Assembly: GCA_030950485.1 (NCBI GenBank)
Contig: JAUZRK010000001.1
Coordinates: forward strand, 103,998-167,997
Source: Candidatus Dojkabacteria bacterium
Lineage (GTDB): Bacteria > Patescibacteriota > Dojkabacteria > J137
Reading direction: 5' to 3'
DNA length: 64,000 bases
Shown: positions 32,704-42,622 of the stretch, piece after piece
How positions within the stretch are numbered: the stretch's first letter is position 1
Layout: each line of letters begins with the position of its first letter
Made by a program: the position numbers and the translations under genes
The notes under the pieces: model-generated
Databases searched by the model: none
Told to the model about the DNA's origin: nothing
Seen by the model: the letters and a program-made list of their open reading frames with translations, nothing else

Positions 32704-33231
32704 CTAATGTTTCATTAAGCCCAGAATAGTTTTATCTCCTCTTTCATAAAAACTTTTAACTGTGTCAATTTCTTCACCCTGAATAGATTCCTGTCTATAT
32801 TTATCAAAATATTCATCTTTGTTTATGACTGGAGCATCTTTTATAAACTCTAGAGCTAACAGTACTTCCGCATCTTCAATTGAACCTGAATCAAGTATTT
32901 GATTTGACCAAAACTTAGAAAACTGGCTATTAATCCTACCACTATGACTAGTAAAATCTACAAGCATGTGTGGTATAAAAGTGGCGCCATTCGTGCTACT
33001 TTCTGATAAAACAAATAAAGCTATCATACCAACAATATCTGAATCTTCTGCACCTATTGCAGCTAAAGTCATTAAAGGGTCTAACACATCGTTTCTTCTA
33101 AAATGATGCGCATCACTACCTATTGTTATTCCACGGAGACTATATTCTAATCGAGTTCGTTTAATTACAGTTATAAAATCTCTCAGAGAACCTAGATCTT
33201 CCTGTGAACCAATCTTATCCGCCTTAGACAT
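32704..33231 (-). CDS. hypothetical protein
   Basis: ORF in operon. Confidence 0.4.
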   Translation of the reverse strand: MSKADKIGSQEDLGSLRDFITVIKRTRLEYSLRGITIGSDAHHFRRNDVLDPLMTLAAIGAEDSDIVGMIALFVLSESSTNGATFIPHMLVDFTSHSGRINSQFSKFWSNQILDSGSIEDAEVLLALEFIKDAPVINKDEYFDKYRQESIQGEEIDTVKSFYERGDKTILGLMKH

Positions 33232-33849
33232 CTATAGATAGGGAAACTCGATATCCTCTATAGCCATAGCTTTATGAAAATCATTTTTAATACCATAATT
33301 CCACGATCTTGTTTCTTTAAAAACACTCCTATCCCTGTCTTTTTTACCCTCATATCTATTAGCTATACCAGACATTCGACTAGTAATATAAATTGCTAAG
33401 CTTTGCAATTCTACAAGATCCCCAGCATTTTGAGTAAGTTGAATTTGTCTATGCAGCTGGGCTTCATATCTTTGTGCGAAACCATTTATTACAGCTACTC
33501 CGCTTATAGAGTCAGGGACATCGCCATCAAATAAGTCCCTGACAAATGCCCAATTTATTTCACCGCTTAAATATGCGTCTCGTAATTGTTGCTTTTTATC
33601 TAAAGGTACGTCATTTGCTTCTACCAGAATTGCATCAATCGTACTTTCCTTTACCCATTGATTATTGTCAGAATTCTCCTTGATCGTAGTTAACTCTTTT
33701 AATTTAGTTTCTACCTGTTTTTTTAACCCACTATTATATAAACTCTCAGCTATTACACGCTCTATCTCATTTATTGTTTGGCTTGCTTCTCCCATATTGG
33801 GACTATATTTAGCACCTGAATAATTTTGAACTTTCCCAATTCTTCTCAT
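33232..33849 (-). CDS. hypothetical protein
   Basis: ORF in operon; start abuts the stop of 33853-34434. Confidence 0.4.
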   Translation of the reverse strand: MRRIGKVQNYSGAKYSPNMGEASQTINEIERVIAESLYNSGLKKQVETKLKELTTIKENSDNNQWVKESTIDAILVEANDVPLDKKQQLRDAYLSGEINWAFVRDLFDGDVPDSISGVAVINGFAQRYEAQLHRQIQLTQNAGDLVELQSLAIYITSRMSGIANRYEGKKDRDRSVFKETRSWNYGIKNDFHKAMAIEDIEFPYL

Positions 33850-33852
33850 TTC

Positions 33853-34434
33853 CTATAATTCATTATTCTTTGCCAATTGATCCTTACTGATTTCGTCTCT
33901 TCTGGTAACAAGTTCTTCTCTTTGTTGTCTTAAAGTTTTAACTGTACCCAATGGTTTCAACCATCTAGCTTCAGCTACCTTAATATCATTATCTATCTTT
34001 ATTATCTCGTCATAGAGCTTTTTATCTTCAGTGTATAGAAAAGCCGTTTCTTCCTCAAGTGTACCTGCCCTTGAATCATATAAATTTTTAATTTTGTATT
34101 CATTTGTCTTAAACTGTTTATATAGTGCAATAGCCCTTGTCACATTCCCTTGGTTACCCTCTTTAAGTGCATCTCCAATAATAACAAGCTCTGCAAGTAG
34201 TTCCGAGTTCGCTCCTTTTAAATCTTTTATAACTCTAACAACATCAATATCGCTTCCTTCTAAATTTTCAAACTCCTCATTATAATCCTCATAGTTTATT
34301 TCTATTAAGCCATCTATCTCTTCTAATGAATCTATAAGAAAGTCAAATTCTATTAGTTCTGGAGATTTTTCAGCACCTCCCTCTATATTACTAGTTAAGT
34401 CTAAATTATCTTTACTTTCATCAAAATCTGACAT
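33853..34434 (-). CDS. hypothetical acidic coiled-coil protein (first gene of the operon)
   Basis: ORF; diverges from murB with a 50-bp shared promoter region. Confidence 0.4.
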   Translation of the reverse strand: MSDFDESKDNLDLTSNIEGGAEKSPELIEFDFLIDSLEEIDGLIEINYEDYNEEFENLEGSDIDVVRVIKDLKGANSELLAELVIIGDALKEGNQGNVTRAIALYKQFKTNEYKIKNLYDSRAGTLEEETAFLYTEDKKLYDEIIKIDNDIKVAEARWLKPLGTVKTLRQQREELVTRRDEISKDQLAKNNEL

Positions 34435-34484
34435 CTTTATTCAATTATTTAATTTATTGTATAATGCTGTAAACTAATAAGAGT

Positions 34485-35570
34485 ATGACAAACCTTAAAC
34501 AAAACCTCAATCTTAAAAAATACAACTCTTACAGAGTAGAAGCTTTTGCTAAACACTTTATAGAAATAAATAACGAAAAAGACCTTGAAGAACTAAAAAA
34601 CATATCTGATTTTAAGAGCTTGAGAAAAATGGTCTTAGGTGACGGTTCTAATACTTTATTTGTAAATGATTATGATGGATTAATTATTAAAAATGATCTT
34701 AAAGGTAAAGAAATAGTTAAAGAAACAGATGAATACATATTAGTTAAAATTAATTCAGGAGAGAATTGGCATGAGTTTGTAACTTGGGCAGTAGAAAGCA
34801 ATTACGCAGGAGTTGAAAATATGGCTTTAATACCTGGAAGTATAGGAGCAGCTCCGGCTCAAAACATTGCAGCTTATGGACAGAACCAAAGTGATATTTT
34901 TGTAGAGCTGACAGCTTTCAATCTAGAAACTTTCGAATATGAAGTTTTTAATTCAGATAAATGTGATTTTAAATATAGGAGCAGTGTTTTCAAAAATGAA
35001 TTCAGAGATAAGTATTTTATTACTGACGTAACTTATAAACTTAGTAAGTACACTAAAGAATTAGAAACTAGTTACCACGAAAGAAAGCGAAGATATGGAT
35101 CACTTCAGGACGCTTTAGAAGCAGTTGGAAAAGAGCCTTTTGGGATTGATGATATTTATAATGCAGTTATTTACATGAGGAAAAGAAGATTACCTGATCC
35201 TGATAAAGTAGGAACAGTAGGTAGCTTTTTTATTAATCCTATCGTCTCTAAAGAAAAATTTGAAGAACTTTCGAAAATGGTTTCAGAACTTCAACATTAT
35301 CCTTTTGATAAACTAATGTATACAGAAAAAGAGTGGGATGTCATTAAGGATGACTATGTTAAAGTACCTGCTGCTAGATTTATTGACGAGAGAGGCTGGA
35401 AAGATAGATGGATAAATAATGTTGCAAGCTCCCCATCTCATGGGCTTTGTATAATTTCAAACTGGAGAGCTTCAGGTCAAGATATTCTAGACTATGCAAA
35501 CTTAGTTAAAAAAGATATTTTTGATACCTATGGAATTGAACTAGAGAGCGAGGTAAATATTATTCAGTAA
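34485..35570 (+). CDS. murB: UDP-N-acetylenolpyruvoylglucosamine reductase
   Basis: FAD-binding domain with VLGDGSNTLF, C-terminal MurB domain. Confidence 0.7.
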   Translation: MTNLKQNLNLKKYNSYRVEAFAKHFIEINNEKDLEELKNISDFKSLRKMVLGDGSNTLFVNDYDGLIIKNDLKGKEIVKETDEYILVKINSGENWHEFVTWAVESNYAGVENMALIPGSIGAAPAQNIAAYGQNQSDIFVELTAFNLETFEYEVFNSDKCDFKYRSSVFKNEFRDKYFITDVTYKLSKYTKELETSYHERKRRYGSLQDALEAVGKEPFGIDDIYNAVIYMRKRRLPDPDKVGTVGSFFINPIVSKEKFEELSKMVSELQHYPFDKLMYTEKEWDVIKDDYVKVPAARFIDERGWKDRWINNVASSPSHGLCIISNWRASGQDILDYANLVKKDIFDTYGIELESEVNIIQ

Positions 35571-35582
35571 AGTAGTAGTTTA

Positions 35583-35730
35583 AAAGTAAAAAGTTAGAAG
35601 TAAAAAGTATAAGACGCAGTTATTACCTTACTTACTATGCAATACTTCTTATGTCTTAAATCGTATTTCATAAATCTAGCTTCTTGCCACTTTTTTTATT
35701 TGACTTTTTACTTTTAAATTTTAACTTTTC
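35583..35730. repeat. inverted pair of AT-rich promoter-like repeats (aaagtaaaaagt.. and ttgactttttacttttaaattttaactttt) flanking an 80-bp core
   Basis: same motif family at 45352-45438, 53350-53386 and 53685-53715. Confidence 0.5.
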
Positions 35731-35810
35731 CTCTTAACTTATTTCACTAGTCACTCATCACTTATCGCATATTTCTACCTCTCATCTTAACGCTGTAGTA
35801 TAATCTAGTA

Positions 35811-36518
35811 ATGAAACTTACTATTTTAGGAACACCAATAGGAAATCTTGAAGATGTTACTATACGAGGACTAAGAACAATCTTCGAATCAAAAATAATT
35901 CTTGCTGAAGACACACGGTCGTACTCGAGACTCAAAGGGTTAATTAAACAAAGATTTCTAGAAACATTAAAAACATTAGAAATTGCATACGATACTGACC
36001 AAATGGTTACTTCTTATAGAGATCAAAACCATGATAGAGTAATAGAGCGAATACTTGATATTTTAAGATCTGGAGAAGAAGTTACTTTAGTTAGTGATGC
36101 TGGAATGCCTGGGATATCTGACCCTGGGTTTAAATTAATTAGAAGTGTAATAGAAGCTGGGTTTGAAGTTGATGTAATTCCTAGTACAACTGCAATAGCC
36201 CCTGCACTAATATTATCAGGTTTACCTACAGATAGATTTACTTTTCTAGGGTTTTTACCTAAACAGAAAGGAAAAGCTATTAAGCTTATAGAAAAAGATA
36301 TTGAAGAAAGAACGGTAGTATTTTATGAATCTCCATTTAGAATTAAAAAAGTAATTGATAATATATTTGAAAGTTACCCAGAAATAGATGTAGCATTAGT
36401 AGGAGAGATAACTAAAAAATTCCAAAGCACTTATCGAGGGAAAATCGCAGACGTAAAGGCTGCAATAAAAGATAAAAAATTCAAAGGAGAGTGGGTAATT
36501 TGTCTTAGAAAATTATAA
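35811..36518 (+). CDS. rsmI: 16S rRNA (cytidine1402-2'-O)-methyltransferase RsmI
   Basis: MKLTILGTPIGNLEDVTIRGL tetrapyrrole-methylase fold N-terminus typical of RsmI. Confidence 0.7.
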   Translation: MKLTILGTPIGNLEDVTIRGLRTIFESKIILAEDTRSYSRLKGLIKQRFLETLKTLEIAYDTDQMVTSYRDQNHDRVIERILDILRSGEEVTLVSDAGMPGISDPGFKLIRSVIEAGFEVDVIPSTTAIAPALILSGLPTDRFTFLGFLPKQKGKAIKLIEKDIEERTVVFYESPFRIKKVIDNIFESYPEIDVALVGEITKKFQSTYRGKIADVKAAIKDKKFKGEWVICLRKL

Positions 36519-36520
36519 CC

Positions 36521-37234
36521 ATGGAAATACAAAAATCAATAAATAAAGTTTTTATAGTAACAGCAGTCTATGTTGTTGGAATTTCTGTATTTTTAGCAAA
36601 TGTAACTTCTACAAAAGATAATAATAATGATTTCATTTTTGCAAATGATTCAATTTCTAAAAATAATTTAGATGGTACAAATGAAGAGATAGTCAAAGAA
36701 GAAATCGCTAACCAAGAAGATGTCATTGAAGATGTATTAACAAATGCAGTTGTAGACATAGAGTCTTTAAAGGATTCAAGTTTAAAATTAGAAAAATGCG
36801 GACTTTCATTTAGTAATATTACAAATGAACTAGATTCCAAGATACTAGTTACTCCATATAGAAATTTCTTTGGCAACAGATTAGAAGGCGCAAGAATCTT
36901 CCAAACAAAATCGGACGGAATAGAACTTCAGAGAGAGATTCTAGTTGAATGTGTAAAGACTAAAGATGATCTTGTAAGCTTTTATAAAAAAGTAATCTTA
37001 GAAATTAATAATGGTCAAAGTTATAGCTTTGAAAGCTTAAGTCCTGACACTAGATTCATTCTTACTGATCACATTGCGCTAAAATATACATTAGCTTCTA
37101 ATTCAAATACACCTGAATATTTAATAGTTTTTAAAAATAAAGCTACAGGAATAGGATATGTAATGAGAGTAATAGATAACTCTGATGATAAGAAAATTAT
37201 TGATAATATTATTTCAAGTATTGAGTTTATATAA
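36521..37234 (+). CDS. hypothetical secreted protein
   Basis: N-terminal TM/signal segment. Confidence 0.4.
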   Translation: MEIQKSINKVFIVTAVYVVGISVFLANVTSTKDNNNDFIFANDSISKNNLDGTNEEIVKEEIANQEDVIEDVLTNAVVDIESLKDSSLKLEKCGLSFSNITNELDSKILVTPYRNFFGNRLEGARIFQTKSDGIELQREILVECVKTKDDLVSFYKKVILEINNGQSYSFESLSPDTRFILTDHIALKYTLASNSNTPEYLIVFKNKATGIGYVMRVIDNSDDKKIIDNIISSIEFI

Positions 37235-38570
37235 TGAAGAAGTTTCCGAAAAACTTTCTATGGGGTTCAGCAACTGCAGCTTATCAAGTTGAGAGCAATA
37301 TAGAGAATAATTGGACCGCGTATATTCAGACAAGTGCACAACATAAAGCTAAAAATGCAAAAGAAGATCTTAAAAAACAAACTAACCTTTACGGTGAACT
37401 TAATAAAGTTACTCTAGATAGAATTGAAGATGATATTGATGATGTAGCTAATTATATTCCCAATGTATCAATTTCTCATCAAAAAAATTATAAACAAGAT
37501 ATAGCGCTAGCTAAAAGTTTAAATCATAATTCGTATCGTTTCTCACTTGAATGGGCAAAGATTGAACCTACAGAGGGGAATTACAACCAAGATGCAATAG
37601 AGCATTATCGTAATGTAATTAAAGAGCTTAGAGAAAATGATATAGAGCCTTTAGTTACTTTAGTACATTTCACTCTACCAAAATGGTTTCAAGATAAGGG
37701 AGCGTTTGAAAATAAGGATAATATAAAGTACTACTTAAAATATGTAAAAGAGTAGTTGGAGAGTATAGTGATGTTAATTATTGGATTACTATTAATGAAC
37801 CATTAATTTATACAATGGCGTCCTATCTTGCAGGGGTTTTCCCACCTAATAAATCAGTAGGTCTCTACGGCGCTTTCAAAGTCATTAAGAATCTAGCAAG
37901 AGCACATATTGAAGCTTACAAAGAAATCAAAAGTATTGATAATACAAAGAAGGTCGGAATTTCTAAAAATACAGTGTCTTCTAAAGTAGATAAGAGGTCT
38001 TTTATATTCTGGCCTCTTACTAAATTCCTAGATTATACTTTCAATACTTATTTTGTTAGTAAAACTAAAAAGCATTTAGTTTTCTTAGGTCTTAACTATT
38101 ATTATCTAGTTTACGGTAGGTTTAGTAGATTTATTAACTTAATTAAAATCTTATTCTTTGGAAGCGAGCCCGACCCATTCTCGAGCAGGCATTTAGAAGA
38201 TCCTGATATTATTGGTACTTCGGACATGGGTTGGTATTTGTATCCTAAAGGAATGTATGAAAGAGTAATGTTTTATCATAAAAAATATAAGTTACCTATT
38301 ATGATTACGGAACACGGACTCGCAGACAAGGAGGATCGAATACGATTGGAATATACTAAACAATCTCTTGAATATTTACATCAAGCTATAACTGATGGAG
38401 CTGAGGTTTTAGGATATATGCATTGGTCTTTGTTAGATAATTTTGAATGGGATAAAGGATATTGGCCTAAGTTTGGGTTAGTTGAGGTAGATATAAAAAC
38501 AGGAGAGAGAAGAGTTAGAGAGAGCGCTAAGAAAATTGGAGAAATTTATAAAAATAACTACATAGAATAG
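37234..38570 (+). pseudogene. GH1 beta-glucosidase split by a 1-nt deletion near 37749-37753
   Basis: ORF1 has YRFSLEWAKIEP and ends YYLKYVKE*. The +1 frame continues KRVVGEYSDVNYWITINEP (acid/base NEP), joining ORF 37815-38570, which has the nucleophile ITEHG. Confidence 0.7.
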
Positions 38571-38635
38571 AATTGAAATCAGTTTTATAAGCCAAGAATA
38601 AATTTTTTCTAATTTAACTTATTTATAACTCTAGT

Positions 38636-39262
38636 ATGATTGAAATTGAAAAGAGAAGTCTAATTGATAAAGTTAAATTTAACCAATTTAGATCCGAATT
38701 AAGAAAAATTTCAGACGAATCTGTTCAAAAGAGATTTACAGTAGTTTTCGTCGAAAGAGAGGATTTCGTACCTGATAAAAATGCTACTAATGATTTTAAA
38801 TTACGTACAATTAATGGTACGGGAGAGCTTGTATTAAAACAGGGGAATTGGCACAGTAGTTCTGAGAGAAAAGAATTCACAGTAAAATATGACGTCTCAA
38901 CATTTGGGGACTTATTGCATATGCTAGTTGCTCTTGGCAGAAAATACGGAGTAACTACTTACGTTAATAGATATAAATATATAATCGGAGATCTTACTAT
39001 TACTATTGATTCCTACGATTTAATGAGTGACTACTGGGTTGAGATCGAGAAAGTGGTTATGGATGGTGAAGATACTACGGCTGCTAATTCTGAAATTGAT
39101 GCGTTTATGCAAGAATATAATCTCGACTTTTTAGATTCAAAGGGAACTGTTGATTATATTACTAAAATGAATAATCAAGAAGAAAGAAGAGTTTTATTTG
39201 ATAAAGTAGATATTCAAAAATGGGTAGAGGAGAGAATTGATTATATTAATGGACTAAAATAA
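38636..39262 (+). CDS. CYTH-domain protein (triphosphate tunnel metalloenzyme / CyaB-like)
   Basis: N-terminal ExExK motif MIEIEKR. Confidence 0.55.
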   Translation: MIEIEKRSLIDKVKFNQFRSELRKISDESVQKRFTVVFVEREDFVPDKNATNDFKLRTINGTGELVLKQGNWHSSSERKEFTVKYDVSTFGDLLHMLVALGRKYGVTTYVNRYKYIIGDLTITIDSYDLMSDYWVEIEKVVMDGEDTTAANSEIDAFMQEYNLDFLDSKGTVDYITKMNNQEERRVLFDKVDIQKWVEERIDYINGLK

Positions 39263-39265
39263 GTA

Positions 39266-39886
39266 ATGAAACTAAACATTGCATTAAAAATAAATGATTC
39301 AGATATAGAAAAACTCATTTCTTTTACTGACGGTATTACAGCTAAATATAACCCTGTTTTTAAAATAAACGATACTGACAGAATCCCTCATCTTACTTTA
39401 TTTCAAGGTAACTTTAATGATTCAGAGATAGATGCTTTAAATGATTCTATAAAAAGACTTGCTAGTAATTATTCTCCGTTTAAACTTTACGGACTTCGGC
39501 TTTTAAGTGAACATTTAACTCCTACTTCTATTTGGTATCAATTTGCTAATAGAATTAAATTAATAGCCCTTCATTTTGAAACATTAAGTTTAGTAAGCGA
39601 GTTTGATATTTCTTTAGAAGATAAATTTAAAAAGGGTAGTGAGTTTTTAGATAAGCTTAATCCAATTCAGAAAGAGCAGATTGAAAGATTTAAAAATCCA
39701 TATCTTGGGTATGTTTATGATCCACATATTACTCTTTGTAGATTAGAAAATAATGAAGATGTTCAAAATATAGTAAATGAATTTACACCTGATCTTTGGG
39801 AAATTAGAATTGAGGGTATTTCTATTTTTGAGGGTGGAGAGCACGGGACTTGTAAGAATGTCATTAATGAATTTACTTTTACGTGA
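39266..39886 (+). CDS. 2H phosphoesterase (LigT/ThpR-like RNA 2',3'-cyclic phosphodiesterase)
   Basis: two H-x-T-x motifs, PHLTLF and PHITLC. Confidence 0.65.
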   Translation: MKLNIALKINDSDIEKLISFTDGITAKYNPVFKINDTDRIPHLTLFQGNFNDSEIDALNDSIKRLASNYSPFKLYGLRLLSEHLTPTSIWYQFANRIKLIALHFETLSLVSEFDISLEDKFKKGSEFLDKLNPIQKEQIERFKNPYLGYVYDPHITLCRLENNEDVQNIVNEFTPDLWEIRIEGISIFEGGEHGTCKNVINEFTFT

Positions 39887-40529
39887 TTAAATTCTGGAGT
39901 AGAGTAATAGCTGGGTTTAGGTAACAACTTTGAATTTTTGCTTTTATTATATTATCTGGTATTTCAATCAATAAATCGTCATCGCCAGCAATATCTTTCC
40001 ATTTCTTTAAATCATTCAATTCAACCCATATATATCCATCTCCCTCTGTTAAAACTGGCTGAAAACTATTTCTTACCTGAATTGAATAAAAGTGAAACTT
40101 AATATCATGTCATCCGACTTTCTTACCTAGTTTTGAATTTGCAAATTCGCCTCTTAGAATCCCCAACTCCACATTTGTTTCATCCAACCTATATATTTCT
40201 CCATTCTCTGATTTAATTTTTCTTCTTAGTGTAGTAGCTAGATTAGGTTCTGTACTTTCCATTCTTCCTCCTGGAAAAGCAAAGAAAAGTTGGCCATCAG
40301 CTCCCTTTTCTATAATCATTAATAATTTGTTACTCTCGTTAATGATCATAGCTTTAGCAGCTAACCAACAGTCTTCTATTGGATCAACAACTAGCTCTTG
40401 TTTCTTTCCACTTCGATATTCAACGATTTCAAATGTCATGCCATTTTCTATATGCATCGCTCTAATTTCTTGATTTGTTGTATACTCATGAGTACTTTCG
40501 TTATTTTCTTGTTTATCAGGTTTATCCAA
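39879..40529 (-). pseudogene. Nudix hydrolase with an in-frame TGA at 40110-40112
   Basis: ORF 40110-40529 ends ..GKKVG*. The same frame continues HDIKFHFYSIQVRNSFQPVLTEGDGYIWVELNDLKKWKDIAGDDDLLIEIPDNII.. to a TAA at 39879-39881. Nudix-box-like FPGGRMESTEPNLATTLRRKIKSENGE. Confidence 0.65.
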
Positions 40530-40647
40530 TTATTAAATTATAACTTATCTCAAAGGCTATATATGTTTTCAAAAATATATAAATATTTAGTTGCTATATT
40601 TAGGCACACTAGTACAACATATCTTGTTAATATATTAAAGTAAAGAT

Positions 40648-41004
40648 ATGAGTGATCAATATGAAGATACACAGATAATACCTCATTTAGAAGAAATTGC
40701 AGAGGCAGATCCTGAGTTAGGACTAATACTTAATGAGTTAGATGGAAAAGAGGCTAGTACTGAAGAGCGTAAAAATCTTAGTGGTATTAATACTGAGGCA
40801 AAAGTAAATCTTGCTCAATTAAGGCCAGCGAAAAGAACACGACTAGCATTAGATACAATAGATTTATTACAAACTACGGAGACTGTTTCTGGAGCTATAA
40901 AATATGTTTCCACAACACCTTATGGGGAAGTAAGCACTCCAATGAAATTAATTCAGGGTTTGAATCAGGTAAGTGGCTTACCAAGACATGATGATGAGTC
41001 ATAG
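40648..41004 (+). CDS. hypothetical acidic protein
   Basis: ORF followed by a strong terminator. Confidence 0.4.
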   Translation: MSDQYEDTQIIPHLEEIAEADPELGLILNELDGKEASTEERKNLSGINTEAKVNLAQLRPAKRTRLALDTIDLLQTTETVSGAIKYVSTTPYGEVSTPMKLIQGLNQVSGLPRHDDES

Positions 41005-41024
41005 TATAGAAAAAGAAAGCTAAT

Positions 41025-41053
41025 AAAAAAAAGCCCCTTCGGGGGCTTTTTTT
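41025..41053. terminator. bidirectional rho-independent terminator
   Basis: aaaaaaaagcccc-ttcg-ggggcttttttt between convergent genes. Confidence 0.85.
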
Positions 41054-41058
41054 ATTCA

Positions 41059-41619
41059 TTAGAATTTTAATCTCTTGGTCTTCTCTAAAGCCTCTTCAAA
41101 AGAAAGATTCAACTTATTCGCATAATAATCAGTAACTGAATGATAAACTTTATCATCCCAGTTAAAACCTAATTTTTCTGCAACAGGCTTAATACTTTCT
41201 ACACTTTCGCCTTCAATTTCAACTAAAGGCTCAACTATTGGATAAGTATCAATAACTATCTCACACCCGTCTAACTCCCAGATCTCTCTATATTTTTCTT
41301 GGACATAATCATACTTTAACCCCGCTAATTCTAAAATCTTTACTGCATCTTCAAAATTTGAAACATTAATTTCTGTTTCTTTTTGATCAGAGATTTCATC
41401 ACCTTTTCTAGCGTGAATTTTTGCAGTCATTGTAATCTTATCCCCCTCGTCTCTAACTCTAACGTAATGTACCTTCATTTCTTTATTCTCGGTATTCCCA
41501 AACATAATTATCCTCATTAATGTTTCCGCCTGAATAAGTTCAGCGTTTGACTCTTTTAATGATTTTCTAACATTATCTTTATTTATATCTAAAAATTTTA
41601 CTTCTAATTCTGTATTCAT
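41059..41619 (-). CDS. CYTH-domain protein (second copy)
   Basis: N-terminal ExExK, TELEVKF. Confidence 0.55.
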   Translation of the reverse strand: MNTELEVKFLDINKDNVRKSLKESNAELIQAETLMRIIMFGNTENKEMKVHYVRVRDEGDKITMTAKIHARKGDEISDQKETEINVSNFEDAVKILELAGLKYDYVQEKYREIWELDGCEIVIDTYPIVEPLVEIEGESVESIKPVAEKLGFNWDDKVYHSVTDYYANKLNLSFEEALEKTKRLKF

Positions 41620-42512
41620 TATTCGCCTAATTTAACTAAATTATTTAAAGTAATATATCCAGCCCATTCAATCTTTGCTGCTTCCCATTCTGAATCGTAA
41701 TCACCATACCAGCTCCAACTAGGATACCATCCGCCATCATTTTCTTGTTTTAAAACTAACCATTCTAAATTTTCTTTGTATGAATCATTTAATAATTCAT
41801 AATACTGATCATTTTCAGAATCTATAAAGTTAATAGGCATTGGAACATAATTATCCCAATTACTAGAATCTAAATCTACAGATTTTAATATCAGTTCCCC
41901 CAATTTTTTCGATAGAGATTTATCACCGCTTTCAACTAAAACTTTATTCAATCTTTTATAGCAGAGTAATTCATGGTATTCCATATCTTGTGAATTCAAT
42001 AATCTATCCTTAGCAAAGCCTAATATCCTTTCAAGATTAACCTTATCAAAGTTATTTTTATATTTTAATAAGTACCCAATTATTTCAGCACTAGGATTCC
42101 CCCAGGTCAAATCAAATCCAGTTTTATCATTCTCTAAATCAAAGTTCCACCAAGGAGCATGAGCTGATTTATTAGCCGCCAGAGTTATCGCTCTCCACAT
42201 ATTTCTTTCTTCATCAAATGTATTAATAAAATAATTTAATGAATCATTTAAAAAATCTGGAAGTTTATCTATATTTAATCTTTCAAAATATTGAAAGGCT
42301 AGAGTAGTAGCTATCGCAGAAGAATTGTTAGTTCTCATGTCTGGCTCTAGTGCGTTTCCAAACCCGAAATCAGCATTTTGATAATTCTTTAGTTCATTTA
42401 AAACTCTATCACGTGAACCTCTCTCGAATAAATACTCGTATAAAGTTTTATCTAATTCCCTTGCATTAGATTTAATGAATTCTTTAGCTTTATTTATAAC
42501 TTGTGATTTCAT
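41619..42512 (-). CDS. hypothetical protein co-transcribed with CYTH (start overlaps the downstream gene by 1 nt)
   Basis: 297-aa ORF, Trp-rich, no clear motif. Confidence 0.4.
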   Translation of the reverse strand: MKSQVINKAKEFIKSNARELDKTLYEYLFERGSRDRVLNELKNYQNADFGFGNALEPDMRTNNSSAIATTLAFQYFERLNIDKLPDFLNDSLNYFINTFDEERNMWRAITLAANKSAHAPWWNFDLENDKTGFDLTWGNPSAEIIGYLLKYKNNFDKVNLERILGFAKDRLLNSQDMEYHELLCYKRLNKVLVESGDKSLSKKLGELILKSVDLDSSNWDNYVPMPINFIDSENDQYYELLNDSYKENLEWLVLKQENDGGWYPSWSWYGDYDSEWEAAKIEWAGYITLNNLVKLGE

Positions 42513-42622
42513 ATTTTTTAGATCTGTGTAAATCTGTAAGATCTGTTAAATCAGTGTTCTATTAGATTTGTTAAAAGTGCAAGCAGTTTAGGCGGATTCC
42601 TGCAGATTAACTTTTCTTCGCT

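Noticed and set aside
37749-37753. Programmed frameshift in the GH1 gene
   Set aside because: No slippery heptamer or downstream structure. The lesion is a simple 1-nt deletion outside a homopolymer. Called a pseudogene or sequencing error instead.
41029-41053. Terminator hairpin gcccc-ttcg-ggggc as another copy of the family A palindrome
   Set aside because: It shares only the GGGGC/GCCCC core and has canonical A/T tracts on both sides, so it is a standard bidirectional intrinsic terminator.
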